From Candidatus Nomurabacteria bacterium (GTDB lineage: Bacteria > Patescibacteriota > Minisyncoccia > Phycocordibacterales > SBAW01), in assembly GCA_943348815.1 (NCBI GenBank), contig CALQYT010000005.1, forward strand, positions 5,167 to 69,166: a stretch of 64,000 bases of DNA, given 5' to 3'. Within the stretch, counting starts at the first letter, position 1; every line of letters starts with the position of its first letter. Positions 9,063 through 18,546 of this stretch are shown here, in pieces. The notes beneath the pieces are model-generated. The model saw nothing but the letters and a program-made list of their open reading frames with translations. It was not told the DNA's origin and ran no database searches. A program made the position numbers and the translations under genes.

Positions 9063-10322
9063 TCAGTCCGCGCGCAGATGGCTCAATAATTCAGACAAAG
9101 TTTTGTGCGCTGCCGTTCCTGACGCGCGCTCGACACATTCGTATCTACCCGCTTCGAGCGACTTTTGCGACACGATCACGCGCAGCGGTATGCCCAGCAA
9201 GTCGCTGTCGGCAAATTTTTCGCCCGCACGCACATCGCGGTCGTCCCACAGCACCTCAACTCCCGCTTCGGTCAACTCGCGGTACAACTCTTGTGCGTCT
9301 TTTTGCACCTCTTCATTCCCCGCCGAAAGGTCAACCAAGTGCACACGGAAGGGCGCGAGTGCTTCGGGCCAGACAATGCCTTTGTCGTCGGCAAAAACCT
9401 CCACCGCCGTACCTATTAATCGATCTATCCCAATACCATACGATCCCATAATCACCGGTTGGTTGGCGCCCGCCTCGTCTTTAAACGTCAATCCGAGCGG
9501 CTCGGAATAAAAAGTACCGAGTTTATAGATATTACCTACCTCAACTGCTTTTTCTTCGCGAAGGTCCTCTTTTCGCAGACCAAGTTCAGAAAGAGTCTCA
9601 TCACTGTATACCTCTTTGTTTACTGCCAGCTTACGGCCCTCATGTATATAAATAGTATCTTCTCCCGCGCTGGTGAGCGTCTGAAACTCGTGGCTGAATT
9701 TGGTTCCAAAGCTACCCCCGCTAGCCAACGTGAGGTAGGTTTTGTCGCCCAACCCCACACGATTAAACACCGCGCGATATGCCTCGATTGCCGCTTCGTA
9801 AAAAGTATCAAGCTCTTTCTGATTTTTAGAAAACGAATACAAATCTTTCATTGTAAATTGTCGCAATCGAAAGATGCCGCTTTTCGCACGTAACTCATTA
9901 CGAAACTTAAGTTGAAATTGATATGCGGCGGTCGGCAAATCGCGATATGAGCTGACATAGCCTTTCATCAACTGTGTAATCGCTGGCTCATGAGTATAAG
10001 CGAGGCCTAATTCGGTATCGTTCTTGAGTTTAGTTTTAAACCAGTTATCAACTACCGCATCATCCCATCTGCCAGTTTTTTCCCAAACTTCTTTGTCTTG
10101 TAGAGCGGTCATGACCATTTCTTGTCCCCCGATCTTGTTCATCTCTTCCCGCACGATCTGCTCAACTTTTTTGAAAACACGCAACCCGAGCGGCAAATAG
10201 GAGTAGACTCCTGCCATTTCTTTGTGGATGTAGCCGCCGCGCACGAGCAGTTGAGCATTCTTAGAAACCTCATCTGACGGTGCCTCGCGGCGCGTTTTAG
10301 TAAAGAGTTGTGACTGGCGCAT
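9063..10322 (-). CDS. proS: Prolyl-tRNA synthetase (short form without INS editing domain)
   Basis: MRQSQLF, KFRNELRAKSG, EVGNIYKLG, MGSYGIGIDR. Confidence 0.95.
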   Translation of the reverse strand: MRQSQLFTKTRREAPSDEVSKNAQLLVRGGYIHKEMAGVYSYLPLGLRVFKKVEQIVREEMNKIGGQEMVMTALQDKEVWEKTGRWDDAVVDNWFKTKLKNDTELGLAYTHEPAITQLMKGYVSSYRDLPTAAYQFQLKFRNELRAKSGIFRLRQFTMKDLYSFSKNQKELDTFYEAAIEAYRAVFNRVGLGDKTYLTLASGGSFGTKFSHEFQTLTSAGEDTIYIHEGRKLAVNKEVYSDETLSELGLRKEDLREEKAVEVGNIYKLGTFYSEPLGLTFKDEAGANQPVIMGSYGIGIDRLIGTAVEVFADDKGIVWPEALAPFRVHLVDLSAGNEEVQKDAQELYRELTEAGVEVLWDDRDVRAGEKFADSDLLGIPLRVIVSQKSLEAGRYECVERASGTAAHKTLSELLSHLRAD

Positions 10323-10383
10323 GCAAGCCATTGTACGCTTGAAATACCAAGCAGGCAAAAGGGTTTTAGCCTATTCAGATTTC

Positions 10384-10412
10384 TTGACTTTTGATGTTTA
10401 GTATGCTACACT
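10384..10412 (+). promoter_or_regulatory. sigma70 promoter
   Basis: TTGACT-17 nt-TACACT. Confidence 0.75.
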
Positions 10413-10494
10413 TGTCACAGCTCTGTACCGGGCTAAAAGTGCCTAAACCCGCCCCGTAAGGGGCTTTTCGAACTTTCCTGAAAGGGGGAAAGAC

Positions 10495-11601
10495 ATGACT
10501 GCATTAGCAGCGGCCTTAGGGGCCGCCGGACTGACTGGAACGACGGACACCAAAATCCCCGACGCTCCGAAAGACGGCCGCCGGTTCGGCGTCCGTAAAG
10601 GTTTGAGCGGCGGCAGGAAAAGCCGTTGGGGCAGATCTGATCGTCCAAACATGATCGAATGGACGCACGACGAGATCGGCTCCATCAAGATCGAGCTGAT
10701 CAAGTTCACGCTCGGTAGCGTGATCCACCACGAAGGGCCCAACACCTGGAGCCGGATCAACTTCGGCAACCTGGAAAAGCCCAAGCACGTTAAACTCGAT
10801 TTCTCGTACGACCTCAAAGGCGACGTCGAGTTGATCTGGGCCTGCGGCGACAAGGTGATGGACACCCGCGAGGGTAATCCGCCACAGTTCGTCGTACCCA
10901 TCACCTGGAAGCCGGGCCGCAAGACGGGCGATCCGGATATGCCCGAGGTGTCGCACGGCAACAATGAAGACTTCCAGCTCTATGCGTTCAACACCAAGAC
11001 TGGCTTCTGCGTCCACCTCGACATCAGCGCGGTCTCGCGTCATGGCGAGTTCTGGTTGACCGTGCAGGAAGTCACCGGCGCGCGTCTTGCATGGCATAAT
11101 CCCGACCTCACCATCGAGGAGTTGACCTCGGTCGTCGTCGACGACAAGGCCTACACGCTGGTTCCGGTCTACAGCGAAAATTGCTATCCGGGTTTCGATC
11201 CGGTGGCAAGTTGGCAGCGCAGCTACCCCGGCCGCATCGAACAAATCCTTAACTATGCGGTCACGTGGAACGCCGCCGTCCCCGTGGAAGAATGCGAAAT
11301 CGCCACGTGGAAGCCTGAGTGGCCGGCCCAGGTGCCGGACGATCTTGCGTCGAAGGGCTACCACAAGGCGGTTGTCCTTTGGTACAACCTGACGATTGGT
11401 CAAGGTCGCCTCCAGCTCGAGAGCGGCGAGGTGTGCTTCGTCCACTTCAAAGCCGTCCAGGACCAAAACGGTAATTTCCTGGCGCAGCAGGGCGAATTCC
11501 CTGTTCTTCTGCCGGCCACGGGCGTTTACGTCAAGTACATGCTCAAGCCGGACAGGGACCAGGAAATGAAGCCGGCTGCCACGGTGGCACGGGTAGCCTA
11601 G
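10495..11601 (+). CDS. Orphan protein with C-terminal cold-shock (OB) domain
   Basis: AVVLWYNLTIGQGRL..VCFVHFKAV..FPVL; AAGGGGG SD; C/G-ending codons. Confidence 0.75.
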   Translation: MTALAAALGAAGLTGTTDTKIPDAPKDGRRFGVRKGLSGGRKSRWGRSDRPNMIEWTHDEIGSIKIELIKFTLGSVIHHEGPNTWSRINFGNLEKPKHVKLDFSYDLKGDVELIWACGDKVMDTREGNPPQFVVPITWKPGRKTGDPDMPEVSHGNNEDFQLYAFNTKTGFCVHLDISAVSRHGEFWLTVQEVTGARLAWHNPDLTIEELTSVVVDDKAYTLVPVYSENCYPGFDPVASWQRSYPGRIEQILNYAVTWNAAVPVEECEIATWKPEWPAQVPDDLASKGYHKAVVLWYNLTIGQGRLQLESGEVCFVHFKAVQDQNGNFLAQQGEFPVLLPATGVYVKYMLKPDRDQEMKPAATVARVA

Positions 11602-11634
11602 GCGGTCAGAAGAACCGCACTTCAGTTCAACTTC

Positions 11635-11667
11635 GGGGCGACATCTAACAAGGTGTCGCCCTTTTTT
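11635..11667 (+). terminator. Intrinsic terminator
   Basis: gggcgacatc..ggtgtcgccc followed by tttttt. Confidence 0.75.
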
Positions 11668-11668
11668 A

Positions 11669-13897
11669 TTATCTAGTACGGGAAAGATTTAGGAGAGTCG
11701 CTGCCAAAGGACGCTCAGGTTTATACAAACTCCCAAAAGCTTCTTCAGTCATAAAGGGCATAAACGGATGTAAAAGTAGTAAGTATTTTTTAAATACTTG
11801 ATCAAAAACGCCGAGCGCGTGCGCATCATCCTCACGTAAAAAGATTTTTTGTACGTATTGCTCTAACTTTGAAAGAAACAGTGTTGCTTTTTCTTGAGCT
11901 TGCGCTACAAAGTAGCGCTCTATATCCCCACCCACCGTTCGGACAAGCGCTTCGGCATCGGCTACTAGTCGCAAATCTTCTGCGGAGTTTTGCTCAGGAC
12001 GTGGTGGAAGGACTTTATACGTGTGTACAATCTCACTCACTCTCCCCATGGTCCATAAACGAGAAGAAAACTTTTTAAATAACTCGAGTCGTTCGTCCGC
12101 AAAATAAAAATCTTCTTGCGTAGCGGTATACGAAACAAGCGCCATGCGCGTCACATCTGCACCATACTTGTTTAAATAATCATCGAGCGTAACTGCGTTG
12201 CCCAAACTTTTGGACATTTTTTGACCATCTTTACTTTTGAGCAAAGAATGAAAATACACTCGCTTAAACGGCAACTGGCCGGTTAAATAGCGACCCAAGA
12301 TTATTTCCCGCGAAATACAGAGGCGCAAAAGATCATGCCCAATGACAACCGCGTCGCTCGGGTAAAAATAGGACTTGTCAGAAAAAGCTTCCGAGTCAAA
12401 CACCATCGCGCCCCAAACACCGGAGGAAAACCACGTATCAAACGTATCGGTCTCGGGAAGATAACTTTTGCCGCCCTCGGGTGTGAGCGTCCATGGAGAA
12501 CCCTCAGCGGCGTACACGCGTTCAAGACCATTTACTATTTCATCCAAAGAGATTCCCTCTTCAAACAAAGTTTGCAAGTTGCCGGAGCGTCTCGAGCCGT
12601 TGGTATCCAAAAACCATACCGTAAACAAGGTCGGGTCCGTGATTTCATACCACAAAGGAATCTTAATCCCCCACACGTTTTGCCGGGCAATAGGCCAGTC
12701 GTGCATCTTTTGTGTCCATTCCGTAAGACCTTTCTCCCGCCAATGAGGTTGGATTATGAGCTCCTTTTTTTGTAACGCTTCAAGTGCCGGCTTACGTAAC
12801 GGCGCCCTTTCATCGTCAAACTTCAAAAACCAGGTCATGCGGATGATCGGCTGTATTGCGTGACCCTTTTTACACAAAAACGTCGGCTCAATATAGGACG
12901 AGTCGACGCTCTCAACCGCATCTTTTGCTTGCAAGAAGTCCAATTCTTTTTTACGCGCCTCCTCAGGCTTGAGGCCCGGATAACCCTCAACCAATGCTCC
13001 TCCCCAATCAAAAAGATCCTGTACGGGGAGTTTATGGCGCAGCGCATACTCAAAATCGTACCGTTTGCTGGAGGGAGAAAAGACCGGTAAAAATGGTTCG
13101 GGGTTCTTAGGGTCAAACTTCCGTTTGCTTGCAATAACCTGCACCTCCTCTCCGGTTATTGGGTTTGTAAGTACCGAACCGATGTGATGGGCAAATCGCG
13201 TGTCTTGGGGATGCACCAAAACATGGGTGGTGGCAAATATGAATTCGGGTCGAGTGGTCGCCAGCGACAAATAGTCATCGCCATCTTTCAAAGGAAACTT
13301 TATGAAATAAAGAGGCGACGCGGTTTCTACTTCTTTTAATTCAACATCGGCCAACACGGTAGCGCAGGAGGTACAGTAATTGACCATGTTCGAACTACGA
13401 TAAATCAAGTCGTCCCCCACCATCTTTTCAAACATCTTCTGTACAAACGCCAACGAACTCTCATCGAGCGTAAAACGAAAACGCGACCAGTCGACACTGG
13501 CGCCCATCGATTTTATTTGACCAACAATCGTTTTATTATTTTTTTCTACAAAAGCACTAATTGCTTTGTATAACTCTCTATGGTCGAGGTCGCTCTTGTC
13601 TTGGCCTTTCTTTTCTAATTCCTGCTCAAAAGTAACCTGCGTCTCATACCCCCCATGATCGGTACTAGGGATCCACAGCGTAGGCTCCCCTTTAGCGCGG
13701 TGGTGTCGCACCAGAATATCTTGGATCGCAATCATAAGCGCATTACCCACATGCAAAGGGCCGCTCGCATTCGGAGGTATCAAGTACGCCGAGTATCGTT
13801 TCCGAGAGTGATCTACACGAGGGCTAAAATAGTTCTCCTTCTCCCACAACCGACTCACTCTCGGCTCTACCTTTTTAAAGTCATAAGCCTCTTCCAT
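11669..13897 (-). CDS. valS: Valyl-tRNA synthetase (divergent, short)
   Basis: PPNASGPLHVGN, WIPSTDH, ATTRPE, DTFDTWFSS, KMSKSLGN. Confidence 0.85.
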   Translation of the reverse strand: MEEAYDFKKVEPRVSRLWEKENYFSPRVDHSRKRYSAYLIPPNASGPLHVGNALMIAIQDILVRHHRAKGEPTLWIPSTDHGGYETQVTFEQELEKKGQDKSDLDHRELYKAISAFVEKNNKTIVGQIKSMGASVDWSRFRFTLDESSLAFVQKMFEKMVGDDLIYRSSNMVNYCTSCATVLADVELKEVETASPLYFIKFPLKDGDDYLSLATTRPEFIFATTHVLVHPQDTRFAHHIGSVLTNPITGEEVQVIASKRKFDPKNPEPFLPVFSPSSKRYDFEYALRHKLPVQDLFDWGGALVEGYPGLKPEEARKKELDFLQAKDAVESVDSSYIEPTFLCKKGHAIQPIIRMTWFLKFDDERAPLRKPALEALQKKELIIQPHWREKGLTEWTQKMHDWPIARQNVWGIKIPLWYEITDPTLFTVWFLDTNGSRRSGNLQTLFEEGISLDEIVNGLERVYAAEGSPWTLTPEGGKSYLPETDTFDTWFSSGVWGAMVFDSEAFSDKSYFYPSDAVVIGHDLLRLCISREIILGRYLTGQLPFKRVYFHSLLKSKDGQKMSKSLGNAVTLDDYLNKYGADVTRMALVSYTATQEDFYFADERLELFKKFSSRLWTMGRVSEIVHTYKVLPPRPEQNSAEDLRLVADAEALVRTVGGDIERYFVAQAQEKATLFLSKLEQYVQKIFLREDDAHALGVFDQVFKKYLLLLHPFMPFMTEEAFGSLYKPERPLAATLLNLSRTR

Positions 13898-13928
13898 TGT
13901 TATAAAACTACCACGACTAATGACATCC

Positions 13929-15029
13929 CTACCCAACGAGTCTTGCAATATCGTGATACGTTACCGCAATCATGAGTGCCACCACCAGCGCAAAGCCGGC
14001 GAGGGTTAAATAATTTACAAACTGTACCGGCACGGGGCGGCGGATGATGCCCTCGATAATAATTATTAAGAGTCGCCCGCCATCAAGCCCGGGGATTGGC
14101 AGGAGGTTAATAAGTGCGAGGTTGATGGAGATAAGTGCGAGTACCACTGCCGCTGCCGAAAATCCTTGTCGCACTGCACCCGCACCAACCCCCGCAATAC
14201 CGATGGGTCCGGCAACCGTGTTCCAATTAGCAACCCCTTGCACGACCGAGCCCAAAAATCCTCCTAAGCCCTGGGCAGTGCGGATCGTCATGTCTTTGGC
14301 CTCTATCGCACCTTGCGCAAGCGCCAAGTGGAGCGGCAGTCGCAACATACCGATGTCTTCCATCTGAATACCCACCGCTTTTTTGCCCTCGACTATCCCC
14401 TCCTCGGCACGCAGCACAAAATTTTGCTCTTTATGTTCTCTGGTGACCGTAAACACCAAACTTTCGTCCTGATGGTCGCTGATAAATTTGGTTACTACCG
14501 CCGACTGCTGGTTGGTGTTGAGCGTGCGCGCGTCGAGCACCACCTTGGCGGTCTGGATTGTCTCTATCGTGTCACCCGGCTGTAGCCCCACCTTTTGCGC
14601 CGGCGAGTTGGGCAATACCGCAACCACGACCGGATGCGGTGCGGTTACGGTGCCAAAGGTTTCTTGCCCGACAGCTGCTTGGACACCCACCAGGTATGCA
14701 CCCGAAAGCGCGAGCCAGCCGACGACCAAGTTCATCGCCACACCCGCGACAATGACTAGCGCTTGTATAAAACGATTTTTGCTCGCCAAACTGCGCGGGT
14801 CGCCCTTGCCCTCCTGACTATCCTCGCCATAAATACTCACGTAGCCACCTACGAGTAAAAGAGAAAAAGAGTAGCGGGTCTCACCCCACTGCATACTAAA
14901 GAGCCGCGGCGGAAAACCGATATTAAACTCGCTGACGCGGATTTTAAACGCTTTGGCCGCAAACAAGTGGCCAAGCTCGTGGACCCAAATGAGCGCAATC
15001 AGCAGCGCGATAAAAATAACGAAGGACAT
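13929..15029 (-). CDS. rseP: Site-2 (M50) intramembrane protease with PDZ domain
   Basis: HELGH, AGVAMN, NLLPIPGLDGG. Confidence 0.93.
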   Translation of the reverse strand: MSFVIFIALLIALIWVHELGHLFAAKAFKIRVSEFNIGFPPRLFSMQWGETRYSFSLLLVGGYVSIYGEDSQEGKGDPRSLASKNRFIQALVIVAGVAMNLVVGWLALSGAYLVGVQAAVGQETFGTVTAPHPVVVAVLPNSPAQKVGLQPGDTIETIQTAKVVLDARTLNTNQQSAVVTKFISDHQDESLVFTVTREHKEQNFVLRAEEGIVEGKKAVGIQMEDIGMLRLPLHLALAQGAIEAKDMTIRTAQGLGGFLGSVVQGVANWNTVAGPIGIAGVGAGAVRQGFSAAAVVLALISINLALINLLPIPGLDGGRLLIIIIEGIIRRPVPVQFVNYLTLAGFALVVALMIAVTYHDIARLVG

Positions 15030-15580
15030 TATTGGGTTATCTCCTTTTCTTTGCGCTCGAGCATGGCGTCGAAGTTTTTGTTTACCGCGTCGACGCGCTT
15101 TTGCATCTCGTCTTTGGCGCGAAATTTGTCGTCCTCACCCATTTTTTTATCTTTTTCTTGTTTTTGAATGTCGCTCCACACCTCGTCGCGCGCCACGCGC
15201 AAGCCCGCGCGGACTTCCTCTACCTTTTCTTTCGCCAGTTTGGCAAGGGCCTGGCGGCGCTCGCTCGTAAGCTCGGGGAAAGAAACGCGCACTCCCCGTT
15301 CGTCGGCGCCTACCGCCACACCCAGGTTGGCGAGCGTGATAGCCTTCTCAATCTCTTTAGCTTGCGCCGCATCCCACGGCACGATGCGTATGGTGCGCGC
15401 ATCTTCGACCGAAATATTGGCTACCTGCGAGATAGGCATGCGGGTGCCGTAGCTCTCTACCTGCACGCCGTCCAAAATAGCCGGCGCCGCGCGGCCGGTG
15501 CGTATACCCGACAACTCTCTGCCTCCGCGCTCCTCAATTTCTTTAAGCTTTTTATCAAACGGTTTAAAATCGTAGGCCAT
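15029..15580 (-). CDS. frr: Ribosome recycling factor
   Basis: IRTGRA, PELTSERRQ, KEKEI. Confidence 0.97.
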   Translation of the reverse strand: MAYDFKPFDKKLKEIEERGGRELSGIRTGRAAPAILDGVQVESYGTRMPISQVANISVEDARTIRIVPWDAAQAKEIEKAITLANLGVAVGADERGVRVSFPELTSERRQALAKLAKEKVEEVRAGLRVARDEVWSDIQKQEKDKKMGEDDKFRAKDEMQKRVDAVNKNFDAMLERKEKEITQ

Positions 15581-15639
15581 GTTTGCATTGTATCAAATCC
15601 GGATGCAATAAGCCCCCAACCAGTAGATGGCGGGGGCAG

Positions 15640-15834
15640 GGTGGGTGCAGGAGTGATTGGTTCGCCTTGCTAGGTCGTAGCATGCCTCTTCCCCATTTGT
15701 GCTGGTGGCCCGGTCCGAGAACCGCCCTGTGTGCCTCTGGCTCCTTCGGGCCGAGGACACACACTGCCAGCCAACACAGAGGTTCGGCGTCGTGCACCAA
15801 CGCCGACGAACGCAAACCAGCTCCTGCACCCGCC
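15640..15834 (-). ncRNA. Candidate structured ncRNA of about 195 nt, class unassigned
   Basis: 14-bp closing stem (15640-15653 with 15821-15834, one mismatch), several nested stems and hairpins, TATAGT at 15838-15843 on the minus strand, hairpin at 15612-15637; strand inferred from most G-U pairs. Confidence 0.6.
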
Positions 15835-15867
15835 GCAACTATACTCCCCTTTTTCAAAACAACAACC

Positions 15868-16530
15868 CTATACTCTGAAGCGTTTAGCCGCCGACGGATA
15901 GATTTTTATGAGCGGGTCTTTAGTGGTGTCGTACACGCGCGCGGGGGCCAGGTAGCGGCCGTAGTGGATGACTCGGTGCGTAAAATGCCCCCATTCTTTT
16001 TTGGGCAAGAGCTCCATCAAATCTTTTTCTATTTTTACGGGGTTCAGATGATCCGAGAGATCAAACCGACGCACAAATCGTATGACGTGTGTATCAACGG
16101 TGACTCCTGCCACTACCCCGTGCGCTTCTTTAAGCACCACCGTCGCCGTTTTGCGTGCCACGCCCGGCAAGCGGAGCATCTCTTCTATCGTGTTTGGCAC
16201 CTTGCCCCCAAACTCTTTTTTGAGCATCTTAGCCGCAGCCAAAATGTTTTTAGTTTTAGCGCGATAAAAACCGGATGATTTTATATCTTGCTCAAACTCC
16301 CGTGGCTTAGCCCGCACGTAGGCACTGAGATTTTTATATTTCTTAAATAATCTTTCGGTGATCTTGTTTACCATCTTGTCGGTGCACTGTGCCGACAGCT
16401 GCACCGCCACCAAAAGTTCGAGCGGGGTTTTATACTTAAGCTCAATTTCTGCGTTTGGGAAAAGTTTTTTAAGCGCGCGGTCGAGCTTTTGTATCCGCTC
16501 GCGGCGGATTTTTAATTGCTGGGGAGACAT
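15868..16530 (-). CDS. nth: Endonuclease III (no C-terminal 4Fe-4S Cys cluster)
   Basis: LSAQCTD, LPGVARKTA, VDTHV. Confidence 0.93.
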   Translation of the reverse strand: MSPQQLKIRRERIQKLDRALKKLFPNAEIELKYKTPLELLVAVQLSAQCTDKMVNKITERLFKKYKNLSAYVRAKPREFEQDIKSSGFYRAKTKNILAAAKMLKKEFGGKVPNTIEEMLRLPGVARKTATVVLKEAHGVVAGVTVDTHVIRFVRRFDLSDHLNPVKIEKDLMELLPKKEWGHFTHRVIHYGRYLAPARVYDTTKDPLIKIYPSAAKRFRV

Positions 16531-17189
16531 AGGGCGAGATGTTCGAGCAACATTTTGATGCTAGGGCTGCGGTCGCGCAGATAGTCGCGGACCATCGCTA
16601 TATCTTCTAACCCCTGTCGCACCTGCGCGTTGGCAAGGTCCGACCTTGCCACCAGGGATTCGAGCGCGTCGACAAACTCCCGGACGCGCTCTTTGGTATC
16701 ATCCTCATTTTTGAGCATTGTGGCGATCATATCGCTGCGCTCTTTTGGCGAAGCACGGAGAAACGAAGCAGCAAGTTGTTGGGCAAAAGTCTGGCCCGCT
16801 CCGGCCCTGCCGGAAAACGGGAGACCCGAGAACTTTTGACTGGCAACTTGCTGCGAAGAATACGCGAGCATGCGCGAGCGCACCGTAGGCAGTAATATTC
16901 CGTGCGGCACTAAAAACACAAACGTAGTCCCCTGCTGCGGCTCTTCTAACAATTTGAGTAATGCTTGTTGTGCCTCGGTCGTTATGGAGGACGCGCCGAC
17001 AAAAAACAAGGCTTCTTTAAAATTTTTTAATCCGGCAAGCGCGATCAACTCGCGCGCGTCATCGACCCCAAACCGCTCAAACTTTTGCGCCACAAAAGCC
17101 TGCCTGCCGGCGGGCAGAGGTTTGAGTTCGGCCTTATGCGCCTCAAACTGACTGAGTGCCCCCTCTATATAGTATGCGTGGTGAGTCAC
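16512..17189 (-). CDS. holB: DNA polymerase III delta-prime-like subunit (short)
   Basis: HHAYYIEG, EAQQALLKLLEEP, LLPTVRSR. Confidence 0.8.
   Translation of the reverse strand: MTHHAYYIEGALSQFEAHKAELKPLPAGRQAFVAQKFERFGVDDARELIALAGLKNFKEALFFVGASSITTEAQQALLKLLEEPQQGTTFVFLVPHGILLPTVRSRMLAYSSQQVASQKFSGLPFSGRAGAGQTFAQQLAASFLRASPKERSDMIATMLKNEDDTKERVREFVDALESLVARSDLANAQVRQGLEDIAMVRDYLRDRSPSIKMLLEHLALCLPSN
16631..16651. repeat. REP palindrome inside holB
   Basis: tggcaaggtccgaccttgcca (21 nt); same core as the intergenic copies. Confidence 0.75.
16768..16854. repeat. 87-nt imperfect inverted repeat inside holB
   Basis: gcagcaagttg..aaaagt / acttttg..caacttgctgc arms; 29 codons. Confidence 0.7.
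17099..17120. repeat. CCTGCC-n-GGCAGG repeat inside holB
   Basis: Encodes PLPAGRQ; matches the rsmH copy. Confidence 0.75.
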
Positions 17190-17194
17190 GGATT

Positions 17195-18208
17195 TTACCG
17201 CTTGGCGATGATAGCTTTCTTGTAGGTATCAAGATGGTCGAGTGCGATGCCGCTCCCTTTGGCAACACAATACAGCGCATCTTCGGCAACCTGTGCTTTA
17301 ACACCCGTGCGACGCAGCACCAACTCGGCAAAATTGCGCAACAGTGCGGTGCCACCGGTCATCGTAATGCCCGTGTCGATAATATCGGCGGCTAACTCCG
17401 GCGGTGTTTCTTGCAGCACATCGCGGATCGCTTTAATAATCTCGCGCAGCTCTTTACCCATCGCTTTGACAATATCGTTGGTGCGCAGCTCGACCGAGCG
17501 CGGGAGCCCAGTAATAAAGTCGCGACCACGTACGGTCATCGTCAACTCTTCCTCAACCGGCACCGCCGAGCCAATGCCAATTTTTACATCCTCGGCAGTT
17601 TTATCGCCGATGGCTAGGTTGTAGGTTTTCTTTATATAGTCGGTGATAGCGCGATCAAGTTTGTCACCTGCACACTTAACCGAGATTGAGGCAACGATAC
17701 CACCGAGCGATATCACCGCCACGTCGGCCGTACCACCACCAATATCTACCACCATCCGCCCGCGCGCTTCTTGAATAGGAATACCCGCGCCTATGGCTGC
17801 GAGCACCGACTCTTTAACCACATAGGCATTTTTAGCGCCCGCGCGTATTGCAGCCTCAACCACCGCGCGACGCTCGGTTGAGGTTACCCCAGTTGGTACC
17901 GACACCATCACCTCGGGTTTAAATAGTTGCCAACGCCCAAGCGCTTTGTGGATAAAATAGCGCAGCATCGCTTGCGTGACGCGGTAGTCGGCAATCACGC
18001 CGTCTTTGAGCGGCCGATAGGCGACAATCTCGCCGGGTGTGCGACCGATCATTTCTTTGGCCTCGGCACCCACCGCTAAAATTCGTTTGTCGATTTCTGA
18101 GATAGCGACCACCGACGGTTCGTTGAGTACCACGCCGCGACCGGGCACAAACACCAGGGTGTTGGCCGTCCCCAGGTCGATCCCTAGTTTGGGAGAGAAG
18201 AATGACAT
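17195..18208 (-). CDS. mreB: Second MreB/Mbl paralogue
   Basis: LGIDLGTANT, RPLKDGVIADY, VVDIGGGT. Confidence 0.93.
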   Translation of the reverse strand: MSFFSPKLGIDLGTANTLVFVPGRGVVLNEPSVVAISEIDKRILAVGAEAKEMIGRTPGEIVAYRPLKDGVIADYRVTQAMLRYFIHKALGRWQLFKPEVMVSVPTGVTSTERRAVVEAAIRAGAKNAYVVKESVLAAIGAGIPIQEARGRMVVDIGGGTADVAVISLGGIVASISVKCAGDKLDRAITDYIKKTYNLAIGDKTAEDVKIGIGSAVPVEEELTMTVRGRDFITGLPRSVELRTNDIVKAMGKELREIIKAIRDVLQETPPELAADIIDTGITMTGGTALLRNFAELVLRRTGVKAQVAEDALYCVAKGSGIALDHLDTYKKAIIAKR

Positions 18209-18284
18209 CGCAGGCCCATGATACTGGAGTTCCACTACCAAAACAAACGTGCTATAACAACGGCGGTAGGTGGGAGATAGCACC

Positions 18285-18452
18285 ATGAATCGCACCGAGA
18301 TGTGTCAACATTGCGGGCAAGAAGTGCCCGTTGGTGAAGGCTGCAACGAGTCGCAGGCCCGGGAATGTGTCAACATGTCCGGTCGTCGTTCGCGAGAGGA
18401 GCGAGACGCAACCACATTCGACGACCGCGAAGCTTTGGAAGAACACCGCTAA
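18285..18452 (+). CDS. Small Cys-rich orphan protein (55 aa)
   Basis: CQHC..C..C; GGGAG SD, TATAAC upstream, hairpin plus T-run downstream. Confidence 0.5.
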   Translation: MNRTEMCQHCGQEVPVGEGCNESQARECVNMSGRRSREERDATTFDDREALEEHR

Positions 18453-18546
18453 AGTCACTTTTCGCCGCGCATCTAAGGCGCGGTTTTTATTTTGAGAAAA
18501 CTTTTTATACTTGCGTGTGATAGTTTGATATATCAAACTATTTCCT

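Noticed and set aside
10516-11466. 316-aa minus-strand ORF
   Set aside because: Antisense shadow of the GC3-rich gene 10495-11601, which has the promoter, SD, terminator and domain motif
15640-15834. RNase P RNA or tmRNA
   Set aside because: Too short; lacks GAGGAAAGUCC and tRNA-like ends
15583-16278. 231-aa plus-strand ORF
   Set aside because: Overlaps nth antisense and the structured RNA; no protein-like features or start signals
8006-18208. Two mreB genes as a novelty
   Set aside because: Multiple MreB paralogues are common in monoderm bacteria
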